Origin: Candidatus Parcubacteria bacterium
GTDB lineage: Bacteria; Patescibacteriota; Patescibacteriia; Patescibacteriales; UBA12075
Assembly: GCA_023132155.1 (NCBI GenBank)
Contig: JAGLYP010000008.1
Location: forward strand, 4,846 to 68,845
Reading direction: 5' to 3'
Length of the DNA: 64,000 nt
Part shown: positions 21,101 to 28,400 of the stretch, piece by piece
Numbering within the stretch: position 1 is the stretch's first letter
Layout: every line of letters begins with the position of its first letter
Made by a program: the position numbers and the translations under genes
Notes under the pieces: generated by a model
Told to the model about the DNA's origin: nothing
The model's input: only the letters and a program-made list of their open reading frames with translations
The model's database searches: none

Positions 21101-24100
21101 AACTGTGTCGTTTACTTTCATGGTGGTGTTTGGAATGGTGATATTGGAAATTGTCGGGGCGTGGCCGTCTACGCCTGGACGGTTATTAATATCCGCGCTT
21201 GTGTAGGCGGCTGATTCATTGCCGGCCGTGTCTGTTAAAGATATATTTATTGGTAAATCAGCGGAATCCAATCTATCAATATGCCCCTCAGCTACAGTAT
21301 AACTGATTGTGTAATCATTGCCGGCGCCTGGGGCAAGCGTGCTCGCGACATCAACTTCGTTAACAGTAATTGTACCGGCTGAATAACCGGTGCCGTCAGA
21401 GCTGATTGCGATAAGCGTAGTGCTGCCGACAATCAATACGCCTGAGCTAATATCAAATGAAACATTGGAAATTGTCGGCGTATTCGCGTCAATCGCGTCC
21501 GAATCTTGCAAAATTGGAGTGGCATAAACGGCGCTTTGGTTGGTAGCAACATCAGTAATTACGACATTAGCGACTGAAATATTTGAACTGGACGCGACGT
21601 CATTTCCGCCTTCGGTTATTGTGAACTGCGCCGTGTAGGTGGTGGAGTTAGAACGGGTAAAATTAGATAACGCGAAGCCGTTGATTGTGCCAGAACTTAA
21701 TGAATAAGTTTCACCGCCGTCATCGCCGATTGTGAATGTGGCGGTAACTGTGTCGTTTACTTTCATGGTGGTGTTTGGAATGGTGATATTGGAAATTGTC
21801 GGTTTATGTCCGTCAACGCCGGGGCGGTTGGCAAAATCACCGGTGTTATATATACTTGACTCATTGCCGGCTAAATCGCGCACATGAAACACTACCGGCA
21901 AATCATCAGAGTCAGACCTGTCGGTATGCCCTTCGGCCACAATATAGGTAACCGTGCAAGAACTGCCGTTAATATCATTAAAAGTGCTTATAACATTCAC
22001 GCCGTTAATTGTCATAGTTGAACCGGAAAGCAAACCGGACTCAGCAACAGTGATACCGATTGTAGCCGTAGCGATTTCGCCGATTATTAATATTCCCGAA
22101 CTTGGGGAAAAGGAAACTGAATTAATGACAGGCGTATTCGCGTCAATTGAATCGCTGCTTTGTGAAATCGGAGTAGCATAAGTTGCGCTTTGATTACCGG
22201 CAGTATCGTCTATAACTACGCTAGCTACCGGAATATTATTCCCTGCCAAAACATCTGTCCCGCCTTCGGTAATAGTAAACTGCGCCGTGTATGTGGTTGA
22301 ACTAGAACGAATAAAATTACTTAATGTAAATCCGCCGATAGTACCGCTTACAATATCATAAGTATCGCCGCCGTCATCGCCGACCGTGAATGTAGCTGTA
22401 ATTAGATCGGCAACTTTCATGGCTGTATTCGGAATAGTAACATTTGAAATAGTCGGGCGATGCGCGTCAACCGAAGCTGAGTTCGCGGCCAAAGCAGTAT
22501 GCGGAGCATTCGCGTTACCGGCCGTATCATTCAAAACTATGCTGATTGGAACAGTTCCGGCTGATCTGTCCGTATCTCCCTCTCCGACGACATAATCTAC
22601 ATTATAGGCAGTATCGCTTACTTTTGATAAATTCTGCGCTGATATATTATTAACAGTTGAAGCCGCGTTTAAACTGTAAGTATCCGTGTCTGAAGTTACC
22701 GTAATCACCAAAGTTACGGTGTCGCCGATTTTATAAGCGCTGTTTGTAATAGTAATCGTGCTAATGCTCGGCTTATGCGCGTCCACCCCCGGTCGGCCGG
22801 ATATATCGGCGCTTGTGTAAGCGTCAGAAGAATTATTATTAGAATCTTTTAAAACAAAACTAATCGGCAAATTCGCGGAATCAACAATGTCGGTATTTCC
22901 TTCCGCAACCGTATAAGAAACACTGTAAGTATTATCACCATTATCAACTAATGTGCTGGCCGCATCTACGCTATTAATCGTTATCGCGCCGGCAGTATAA
23001 CCGGTATTGTCAGAGATAATCGTGGCGGTAGCCGTATCTCCGATTTTTAAAACTCCTGATGACGGACTAAAAGTTACATTTGAAATCTGCGGCGGATAAT
23101 TATCAAGAGTTACAGTTGTATACACGGCGGTTCCCGCGGTTACGCCGTCATAAGGCGTAACTTGCACGCAATAAATTCCGTTTGCGTTTGACGCATCCGT
23201 ATCAGAAAGCCAGTCAAAACTAACAGTATTCGCGCCTTCTGAGGTATTTATCCAGCCGGAGCTATTACCAATTTGATATTCATTGTCATTTTCCACTTTT
23301 GGGTCATCAGAATTAGTGGAGGTGGCGTTGGCATCAATTTCATCCAAAGTTGGATCACCTGGCGCGGGGCAAGTCGCGCCTGATTGGTGTTCCACTTTTA
23401 AACGCACCTCATTGTCATCATCGTCATCATCAATAATTACGGCAATATCAACCACGCCCGTGCCATCGCTTTTTTGCGAAATAGAATCAAAACTTGCTGT
23501 TGGCGCCACATTAGCGTCATAAGTAACCTGAATGCGTATTTGATCAATATAAAGAAAACGAGGTTGAGAATTATGCGAATTGGAACCGTATACGCGAATA
23601 TCCAAATTTTGAATATCGCTCCAAGTCCAATTGTCGGCACCCGGTCCATTAACATCATTGGTAATTTCATTAGCCCAATAAGTCGTATCTGTCGGATCGC
23701 TTGTTGTTAAACCGCTAACCGCGTAACTTGAACCGTTAGTGGAACCGTTAAAACGCGGTATCATATAAGGAGTAACATTACTTGACTCAATATAACCTTC
23801 AATACCGATTTCAACTTTAGTAATTACATAAGTATAACTCGGCGCGTTATTAGCGTTGCCCTCCAAGTAATTTGCCGAATCAAGAACACTCCTGCGCGGA
23901 ATATCGCGAGAAGCGTAACTATCATCAATGTTGTCATAACCGTTAGGACCATTAGTCCAGCCAACATTAGTTCCTGCATTGGCAATATAAATGCCAACAT
24001 CATCAGAGGCAATTTGCCACTGCCTGCCTTCAAAATATTCACCAACCCGCAAAGGACCAAGCAAATAAAATTCAGGCGAAATATCGGGAGCGTCAAATGT

Positions 24101-25204
24101 GTAGGTGAATTCAAAAATATCATCTTGCTTTAAATTTAAATCTTTTATCACAAATTCTTTTTCATTATTAACTTCGTTAATTTGGATATTGGATATTGGA
24201 TATTGAAAATTGCTTGAATATTGAATATTGGATATTGAAAATTGACTCGGCGCACACTCAACAACATCCCCGCTAAACTCCTCATTCGCTTTAATAACAA
24301 TCTTCATCTCATATTCATAAGTTGGATTAATACGTGTCGGGCCAACGCGTTCAATTTCAAAAGGCAAGCTGTTTCTAACTTTAATTTCATCATAAATTTC
24401 ATGCTCGCCATTTTCCGTAATCGCTCTTAATTTAATCTTATAAATTCCAATTCCTCCCAAACCGTAATAAGCGTAATAATCCGGCGACTCAATATAATTG
24501 TCAGCTCCGCATTTTGGATTATTAATTATCAAGCCATTATCGGAATTTAAATAAGCCACGCCGCCATCCGGCGCTATAATTTCTAAAAACACTTGCGCGT
24601 TGCAAAGCGTATGCCCGCTATCATCTAAAACTCCCATTTGCAAATAAGCTTCTTCGCTAGGCAAATACACGGATTTATTGGTATTAATCGCCAAGACGCC
24701 CCAGCTGAAATCCTGATTAAAATTAATTGTCTCGCCGCCTGTCATGTCTTCGTCGCTAATCGCGATATTTATTGTATAAACGCCGGGGCGAAACCGGCGC
24801 GGTTTTTCCGAAATTTCTATGCTGAATTTTCCGTCTTCCAAGTAATTTATTTTTGCTTTAATTTCCGCGTTTAGCTTGCTCTCACTATTAACGATTTCCG
24901 TTTTAATATCCATGTCCTTGTACTCATCAACAAACATAGACATCATCCAAGATTTAAAACCTGACCAAGACCGCCTTTTTTTCGCAAATTCAAATTCCAT
25001 TTTCGGCAGTTGATTAACGGCAAAATCATTCTGAGACGAATTCATGCCCAATTCATAATTACCCGCTTCTTGCTTATTGCTCTGCCCAAGGACAGGATCA
25101 ATATCACCTAATCCGATTAACGCAAAAACAAATAACACAAAAATTAAGCCGGTTAAGCCTTTTTTAAAAAAATTATTTTGTTTTCTATTTGTCCAAAGAA
25201 ACAT
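12143..25204 (-). CDS. Giant (4353 aa) secreted multi-domain surface protein/adhesin with C-terminal WxL-like module
   Basis: A single uninterrupted ORF with N-terminal TM/signal LTGLIFVLFVFALIGLG.

- About 10 Ig-like ~100-aa modules (PTISNITIPNTTMKVNDTVTATFT...).
- At least 8 FN3-like modules (YKIYYK...GTEYVINIWAYD..GNKS), alternating with acidic DxDxD modules (IEVDDPDNDD...CLRLTVNDG).
- A beta-helix-like region (GNWTVDASG..., NNYDINAAGNWINNGEF).
- A C-terminal end (TTNAEMGYQLFVYQ...AAGDYTTNIVYVLAPNY) homologous to the two ~350-aa proteins. Confidence 0.85.
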   Translation of the reverse strand: MFLWTNRKQNNFFKKGLTGLIFVLFVFALIGLGDIDPVLGQSNKQEAGNYELGMNSSQNDFAVNQLPKMEFEFAKKRRSWSGFKSWMMSMFVDEYKDMDIKTEIVNSESKLNAEIKAKINYLEDGKFSIEISEKPRRFRPGVYTINIAISDEDMTGGETINFNQDFSWGVLAINTNKSVYLPSEEAYLQMGVLDDSGHTLCNAQVFLEIIAPDGGVAYLNSDNGLIINNPKCGADNYIESPDYYAYYGLGGIGIYKIKLRAITENGEHEIYDEIKVRNSLPFEIERVGPTRINPTYEYEMKIVIKANEEFSGDVVECAPSQFSISNIQYSSNFQYPISNIQINEVNNEKEFVIKDLNLKQDDIFEFTYTFDAPDISPEFYLLGPLRVGEYFEGRQWQIASDDVGIYIANAGTNVGWTNGPNGYDNIDDSYASRDIPRRSVLDSANYLEGNANNAPSYTYVITKVEIGIEGYIESSNVTPYMIPRFNGSTNGSSYAVSGLTTSDPTDTTYWANEITNDVNGPGADNWTWSDIQNLDIRVYGSNSHNSQPRFLYIDQIRIQVTYDANVAPTASFDSISQKSDGTGVVDIAVIIDDDDDDNEVRLKVEHQSGATCPAPGDPTLDEIDANATSTNSDDPKVENDNEYQIGNSSGWINTSEGANTVSFDWLSDTDASNANGIYCVQVTPYDGVTAGTAVYTTVTLDNYPPQISNVTFSPSSGVLKIGDTATATIISDNTGYTAGAITINSVDAASTLVDNGDNTYSVSYTVAEGNTDIVDSANLPISFVLKDSNNNSSDAYTSADISGRPGVDAHKPSISTITITNSAYKIGDTVTLVITVTSDTDTYSLNAASTVNNISAQNLSKVSDTAYNVDYVVGEGDTDRSAGTVPISIVLNDTAGNANAPHTALAANSASVDAHRPTISNVTIPNTAMKVADLITATFTVGDDGGDTYDIVSGTIGGFTLSNFIRSSSTTYTAQFTITEGGTDVLAGNNIPVASVVIDDTAGNQSATYATPISQSSDSIDANTPVINSVSFSPSSGILIIGEIATATIGITVAESGLLSGSTMTINGVNVISTFNDINGSSCTVTYIVAEGHTDRSDSDDLPVVFHVRDLAGNESSIYNTGDFANRPGVDGHKPTISNITIPNTTMKVNDTVTATFTIGDDGGETYSLSSGTINGFALSNFTRSNSTTYTAQFTITEGGNDVASSSNISVANVVITDVATNQSAVYATPILQDSDAIDANTPTISNVSFDISSGVLIVGSTTLIAISSDGTGYSAGTITVNEVDVASTLAPGAGNDYTISYTVAEGHIDRLDSADLPINISLTDTAGNESAAYTSADINNRPGVDGHAPTISNITIPNTTMKVNDTVTATFTTEDDGGETYSLSSGTINGFALSNFTRSNSTTYTAQFTITEGGADVASSSNISVANVVISDVATNQSAVYATPISQDSDAIDANTPTAPGNLTFNSKASDNITLNFGATTTEVNFSEYKIYYKQAASGVSESDTEFNSTHDSNLGDILYQTATTVTIDGLATGTQYVFNIWAYDIVGNKSMAISEIATTTNYAPSNPASLTQLKNDGVTQINNGIWTNEDNIKLKASVNDNDFSEILTLYFELATSTDAFVGNIVGACAVSETWDACSNKVWKIMSAAGDYSSVAYTGEVNPTDIPDSVVGYKWRVMACDDNNECTDWTDAGADPNFKVDHSAPDTPGDLSENAKTSTSITLNFGATTTEANFREYIIYYKAGSSGVTESNLQHGSSSDENLLDIDFNDESTTTIDSLSAGTEYVINIWAYDEAGNKANASEITVTTDSAASPPVASFNSVSQEQDGSGRINISIEVDDPDNDDTLRARIDYVAGVACDFSSPQDPSLDENGAYISQDYGDVDVDNTSEYQVGTTTGWIWTSPGSNTVEFDWLSKTDLPETSGDYCLQLTVNDGTFSQISPATATIAVYNTSPASPGSLNLNSKTSYSLTLNFGATTTASNFQDYKIYYKEGSSGVTEGDSEHDDPDLDNILYNNTATTTINNLSPGTEYVINIWAYDTYGNKASATAELTATTNYLPNNPSSPAQFKNDGVSAIANGDWTEEDVVELTASVLDSDTSEVLTLYFELITDIETFATATTAPFGACASSTAYEDCSSKFWQTASAPGNYSITPFIGFIKPTGISDSSAGFKWQVLACDDNGSCSEWTVFNATSPNFKLDNTLPANPGALSLASYNSYSITLNFGATTTEDNFSEYKIFYKQGTSGVTEDNDEFNFSDDANLAFIDFDEAATTSVSGLLAGLDYVFNIYAYDEAGNIASSTQEFTYKTNNLPIGFFSSASTRIDGSGAVDLSIQVDDIDDEELQAKIEYEAGASCLFVSADKLTLDATDANATSTYDDAKIDNNNDYQIGDASGWITTASGQNTVNFDWLSQSNLPEGDGAYCLRLTVNDQIEDQSVSATTTITIDNAAPTVPGYLSLYSSDSSSITLEFGTTTTETNFKEYKIYYKEGVSAVDEGDTPHADSNLGDILFYGAATTTIELLDENKQYSFKIFAYDDYGNKSNSSQTTISTNALPTGDFNPLFTAQKTDGSGVVDVSIEVYDVNGEACIAKLEYVLGAGCDFSSPEDPTLDEDGANIAADHGDPDIGNNNVYQIGTSTKIITNLGANTVEFDWDSKSDIPNANGTYCLRLTVNDGTNDQAISATTTLTVDNTNPADPGNLSAVLVSGLEIEIGLGATTTETNFKEYKIFYKESTPGVTESDSEFNQYDDNSLADIFFDGANAVTINGLEQNTDYYFNIWAYDNYGNKASATEELATTTIIVPSATWREYEDYPDPATSTPIGRQTPVRLRVAISNVGDWDSTNYAYQIEYGVKNGDCASADPWISVPINAGTEHFSMYDSPYFNNQDATFQKFVNSESYSYAQGYMVKSPSASTSPLTLSQNEYTEIEYAIIPTVNAEAGETYCFRLTYEGEDINIYEKYPELTLVPKPTGSFVSAEQKIGGNGVVDISILVTDLDHDPSIAKIEYVQGGACDFGSPADPTLDENIDNIQHDYGNPIIINANEYQIGTGSNKIITQYGPNTIGFDWDSFSDIPDLEDTYCLRLTVNDGYDDQYPLATTTLTVDNKDPSSPGNLTVVSKTDNSVTLEFGATSSDNNFFEYKIFYKQAASGVTESDSAHSSSTDENLGYADFQGAATTTITGLIKNNQYVFKIWAYDQFGNKSYSSGEVTTKLVPSYYGAVYSDEGLTPLLTAPTISIAINGVYERSIAASAVDGSFVFEDIDPQATGTPIVIYIDGKIEKGVAYNRYSGQGEVTGFDIYQNRIIVRHDDAGPLTVANINSYDSDQDNDISCAVTGTAFNVASGNKLYVWQGSQFESGSGNITIDDMEICGQFTAIGEQVITVAGNWEAAEGLFTAASSTVEFTSTSTGKIIKTNNQPFWNLTLNGAGGEWTLFDSSTTTATTTIAKGTLIQGEDVNFETGSMLIENEAVFVKASGTGILIFEDQGEGFFEDRNTVINNLGNVQIGYSPAVTNLNSDFVADSLTVSSGDSFYTRGYEVGITNFITVYGTFDCLDNKEGDGTIITLGGNWTVDASGAFVAANATTTFDGTADATLSSGGVDANHDFYNLSFAKSSLASTSLVNNNLKTSGDLNIGSNSILDVSSNNYDINAAGNWINNGEFWAENATTTFDALSTGKIINPGSSVFNRVVFANASGGWTITDNATSTGNWEINNASAFTVAANVKIEVQGEYIITDTAPNVTVWNSGSELFLNSGTAYNIASKNQSSENYSRLRVGANTDIKQWNTGAGVFTVDSTGSLYSQDHANVNGDLYIWGDYNIDAGIEYWAYATDFDGANLSGTERQCDVRIANNSSIDISNSILNIVGTSAATTTIANQGSGDFSLSVATTTLAANYFQFRNTDANGLNLSGTTSIDSFNNGDFELSANGGAMIKVAASVIDANPWATSTNIRFATSTGITSGYNVILNSTSSYPWTFTEHYGHYAGEDYDSDPGDPRGYIVWDDSPSYSPKSQNWRWYHDEDSETPVIPAALENYAPQIVGDGNLLKLRLSIKETENILGKNVKMRLQYSTDSSFASNVYFVGEQASTTALWTYGDGVDDDNDLISALLLTDSVTKAAHNESGISTSSFNHAKLDTDEWEFTVCADSPATSTTYYFRGFCNYYSLYGNFEKAVLKNDGSSYPSVIVSSAVLSFNVSGLPSGTSTENITIDVPSTATSVPFGILPIGSKIEAGHRFTITTNAEMGYQLFVYQRQALLSNTGADIDPVAGTNENPGLWPANPNPSAFGYHTGDDNLSGSFPARFSSDERYAQFDTNLREISYSSLPVNNETVDLIYRVEVSDLQAAGDYTTNIVYVLAPNY
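20831..21802 (-). repeat. Two near-identical 327-bp coding repeats (20831-21157 and 21476-21802, offset 645 bp) inside the giant gene
   Basis: Both copies start cggcgtattcgcgtcaatcgcgtc and end ggaatggtgatattggaaattgtcgg, with only scattered substitutions by eye. They encode the Ig-like module PTISNITIPNTTMKVNDTVTATFT..SNISVANVVI.DVATNQSAVYATPI. A more diverged third copy starts near 22132. Confidence 0.85.
24182..24241. repeat. Heptad-periodic tandem repeat (TTGGATA x3, then TTGAAAA, TTGAATA x2, TTGGATA, TTGAAAA) inside the giant gene
   Basis: Read directly from the sequence. It encodes FSISNIQYSSNFQYPISNIQINEV. The equivalent position in the paralogous 1756-aa gene holds a different heptamer repeat. 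Confidence 0.8.
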
Positions 25205-25244
25205 TTATTTTAAATTATTGATTCGTACTATGCATTCTTATTTT

Positions 25245-25423
25245 GTCAATCGCGAGCTCTGGCTCTTTGTCATTGCGAGCTCGCGAAGCAATCCCATGCC
25301 ACAGAACACTACGCGTGGATTTACAGCGGACGGTGCTGAGTACTACGGGGTTGCTTCGCTGGCGCTCGCAATGACAAGGAAACCGGTGCCCGCAATGACA
25401 AGCTAAACTAACGCTCGCAATAC
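25245..25423. repeat. GC-rich nested inverted-repeat element (GTCATTGCGAGC / GCTCGCAATGAC family), REP/MITE-like
   Basis: gtcattgcgagctcgcgaagcaatccc (25269-25295) pairs with ggggttgcttcgctggcgctcgcaatgac (25347-25375). Degenerate extra copies sit at 25245 (gtcaatcgcgagc), 25391 (gcaatgac) and 25413 (gctcgcaatac). The element is markedly more GC-rich than its flanks and fills the gap between the two giant genes. Confidence 0.8.
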
Positions 25424-25431
25424 ATTAAATT

Positions 25432-28400
25432 CTACTCTCCCCCATCATCATTCCGCCAGCGATAATGGATTTGCTTAACTTTAACTATTTTTACTTGATA
25501 AAAATCCACGTAAGTATTAAAGTCCGTTAACGCGCCGTCGTTGCTACTGTAAAGCTCGGCTGAATAATTTGTGCCGGAGGCGAAAAAATTATGGTTAAAA
25601 ATTAAATTAAAATCAAGCGTACAGGTATTATCCGCGCAAGTGGAGGTGCTGGTGTTAGAAAGAATAACAACCGAATTCGCGTCCGCGCCGGTTTTTGTAA
25701 AAACGTCGGCGGTCTGATTCCATGTAAATTCCAAATCGCTAAAAGGCGTTGCGTTGTCGGTTTCATTAGCCAAGCGCAAGACAACATTATTAATTGTCTG
25801 CCAGCCGTTTTCTTCACTCACCACGGCGCGAAAAGTCCATTCGTCATCTTCGCCGGCAACAGCCCAATTACTGGCAGTCGGATTAACAAAAGTTAATGAA
25901 TCATTGGAAATCGTTGCCGCTGTTTTAATTACCACCTCAGTAGCGCTTGCTTTGCTGCCAAAATCATCATAAGCCCAAATATTTATCACATAATCGGTAT
26001 TTGAGATTAAACCGCCAATTGTAGTCGTGGCCGCGCTGTCATAATGCAAATCATTCAAATTATCATCAACATGCGGATCGTCGCTTTCGCTTACGCCGCT
26101 TATGCCGGCTTTGTAATAAATTTTATAATAAGTAAAATTGGTTTCCGTGGTGGTCGCGCCAAAATTTAAAATTATCGTGGAAGTGCCAACGTCATATTCG
26201 CTTAAATTTCCCGGCGCGGTCGGATTAACATTGTCAATCGTTAATGTGGCGGTTGCGGAAATATTTTGATCATCTTTTCCGTCATTAACGGTTAATCGCA
26301 AGCAATAAGTATCATCGCCAATCGGCAAATCGGTTTTTCCAAACCAATCAAATTCAATCGTATTCGTTGCCGGAGTTTGGATCCAAAATTCAGCGCCCAT
26401 GCCCATTTGATATTCATTATCGTTTTCTATCTTTGGAACGCCATAAGTAGGGTTAATATTACTTTGAGTTTCATCCAATGCCGGGTCGCCGGCCGGACTG
26501 AATATGCAATCAGAACCGGTCGCGTACTCTATTTTGGCCTTTGAATGATCATTGTTAAAATCATCAACTTCAATCGTGATATCAATAATGCCGGAGCCAT
26601 CTGTTCTTTGAGCGGCCGGAGAGCTAGTGGAAAATACGCCCAAAGGAGTTTTATTGGTAGTAAAATCTTCCGGAGTGGAGCTGGAAACATGCCCATATTC
26701 ATCATAAGCAAAAAGGCTGAAATAATAAATGGTATTTTCCAAAAGATCGGTAATTGTTGTCGTAGCCGCGCCATAAAAATCAATGTCAGTTAAATTCTCG
26801 TCAGTGCTTGAAGAATGCAAATAATCATTTTCAGTAACGGGTGTAGATGTGGAATAATAAACGCGGTATTCATCAAAATGGGTTTCCGTGCTGGTCGCGC
26901 CAAAATACAAAACAGCAGTGCTTTTAGTCGTACTCGCCCCGCTAAAAACGCCGGGCGCGGTCGGAGCTTTGTTGTCAATTACAACAGTAGTTGTGGCCGG
27001 AGTCGCGTCATCATTATCAAAATCGTTTGCCGTTATCCGCAAGCAATAAGTGCCATCCGCGTTTGAAATATCAGAAAGAGATGTCCAGTCAAAATGCACG
27101 TCATTGGCGCTCGTTGTCCTGATTAAATCCGTTGTCGTGCCAACCTGATACGGCCAATCATTGTCAATATCAACATCTAAAATACTGGAAGTGGCGTTAG
27201 CCTCGGCCGCGTCCAAAGTCGGATCCAGGGGCGAGTTAAAATCGCAGTCGGCTCCCAAAACATAATCCAAACGCGCGCGCGAATCATCGTTATTGGCGTC
27301 GCTCACCTGAATACTAATATCCACTATGCCGGAATCATCCACTCTTTGCTTGGCGGAAAGAAAAGTCGCGTTCGGCGGAGTATTAGCTGTGTAGTCAACT
27401 CTAATCCTAATTTGGTCAATATATAAAAATCTATTAGCTGAATTACTGCTATTACCGCCGTAAACCCTAATATCCAAGTTCATAATATCGTCCCATGTCC
27501 AATTGCCGGATCCCGGTCCTTCCGTGGTAATGGTAACATAATTAGTTATATCAGAAGAAGCGGTTCCCAGCGTAGCGCCCGCGATTGAATGTATGGTACC
27601 GGCGGTAGTTCCGTCAAAATACGCCACCAAATAAGCGCTAACCGTTGTATTTTCCACGTAAGCTTCAATTCCAATTTCAACGGAATTAATCACACCACCC
27701 AAGTCAGTCGCCGAATTCACGCTTGATTGTATATAGTTGGCAGGCTCGCCGCCGCTAGTTTTTTTCGGAATATCGCGGGAAGCGTAAGTATCAGTACCGT
27801 TATCCCAAGCATTACCGGGATTCGTCCAATTAACATTAACACCGTTAGTGGAAGTGCTAATCACCGGCGCGTCAGACGCAATCTGCCAAGAGCGGGCTTC
27901 AGCAAAAGGTGTGCCGGTTCCAAAACCAATCAATTCCGCCGGCCCGAGCAAATAAAATTCCGGAGACTCATCAGGCGCGTCAAAGGTATAATTAAATTCA
28001 AAAATATCTCCTTGGTTTAAAACAACATCTTTGAATTTTAAATTTTTTTTATTTGTGTCATTACTAATTTCTAAATCATAATTTCCAAGTTCTAATTCTT
28101 TATTTTTATTATTTGTAATTTGTAATTTGTAATTTGTAATTTCAAACCCCTCAGGTACATACTCAACAATATCCCCGCTAAAATCCTCGTTCGCTTTCAC
28201 GCTAATAACCATATCATATTCAGCTTTTGGATAAATTCTGGTTGGTCCCGCACGTTCAATATCAAAAGGCGCGTATTCACGAACTTCAAACCGATCTTGA
28301 ATTGAATAAAAACCATTGCCTGTTGCCGCGCTTAAATTTATTTTATATTCACCCGCGCTATAAAGCATATAATGCGCGTAATAATCAGGCAAACTAATTA

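Noticed and set aside
20831-22200. Regularly spaced ~645-bp repeats that could superficially suggest an array.
   Set aside because: The period and repeat length are far too large for CRISPR, and the repeats are in-frame coding modules of the giant protein.
12424-24874. About twenty 60-130-aa ORFs in other frames or strands within the 4353-aa gene, and similar ones within 25432..30702, 1914..3791, 47161..48975, 49210..50370 and 53063..57105.
   Set aside because: They are fully embedded in long ORFs with clear domain content, and their translations are low-complexity. I treat them as frame shadows, not genes.
25077-25406. 109-aa plus-strand ORF between the giant genes.
   Set aside because: It is a translation of the GC-rich inverted-repeat element (..VASLALAMTRKPVPAMTS) overlapping the 5' end of the giant gene. 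It has no start context.
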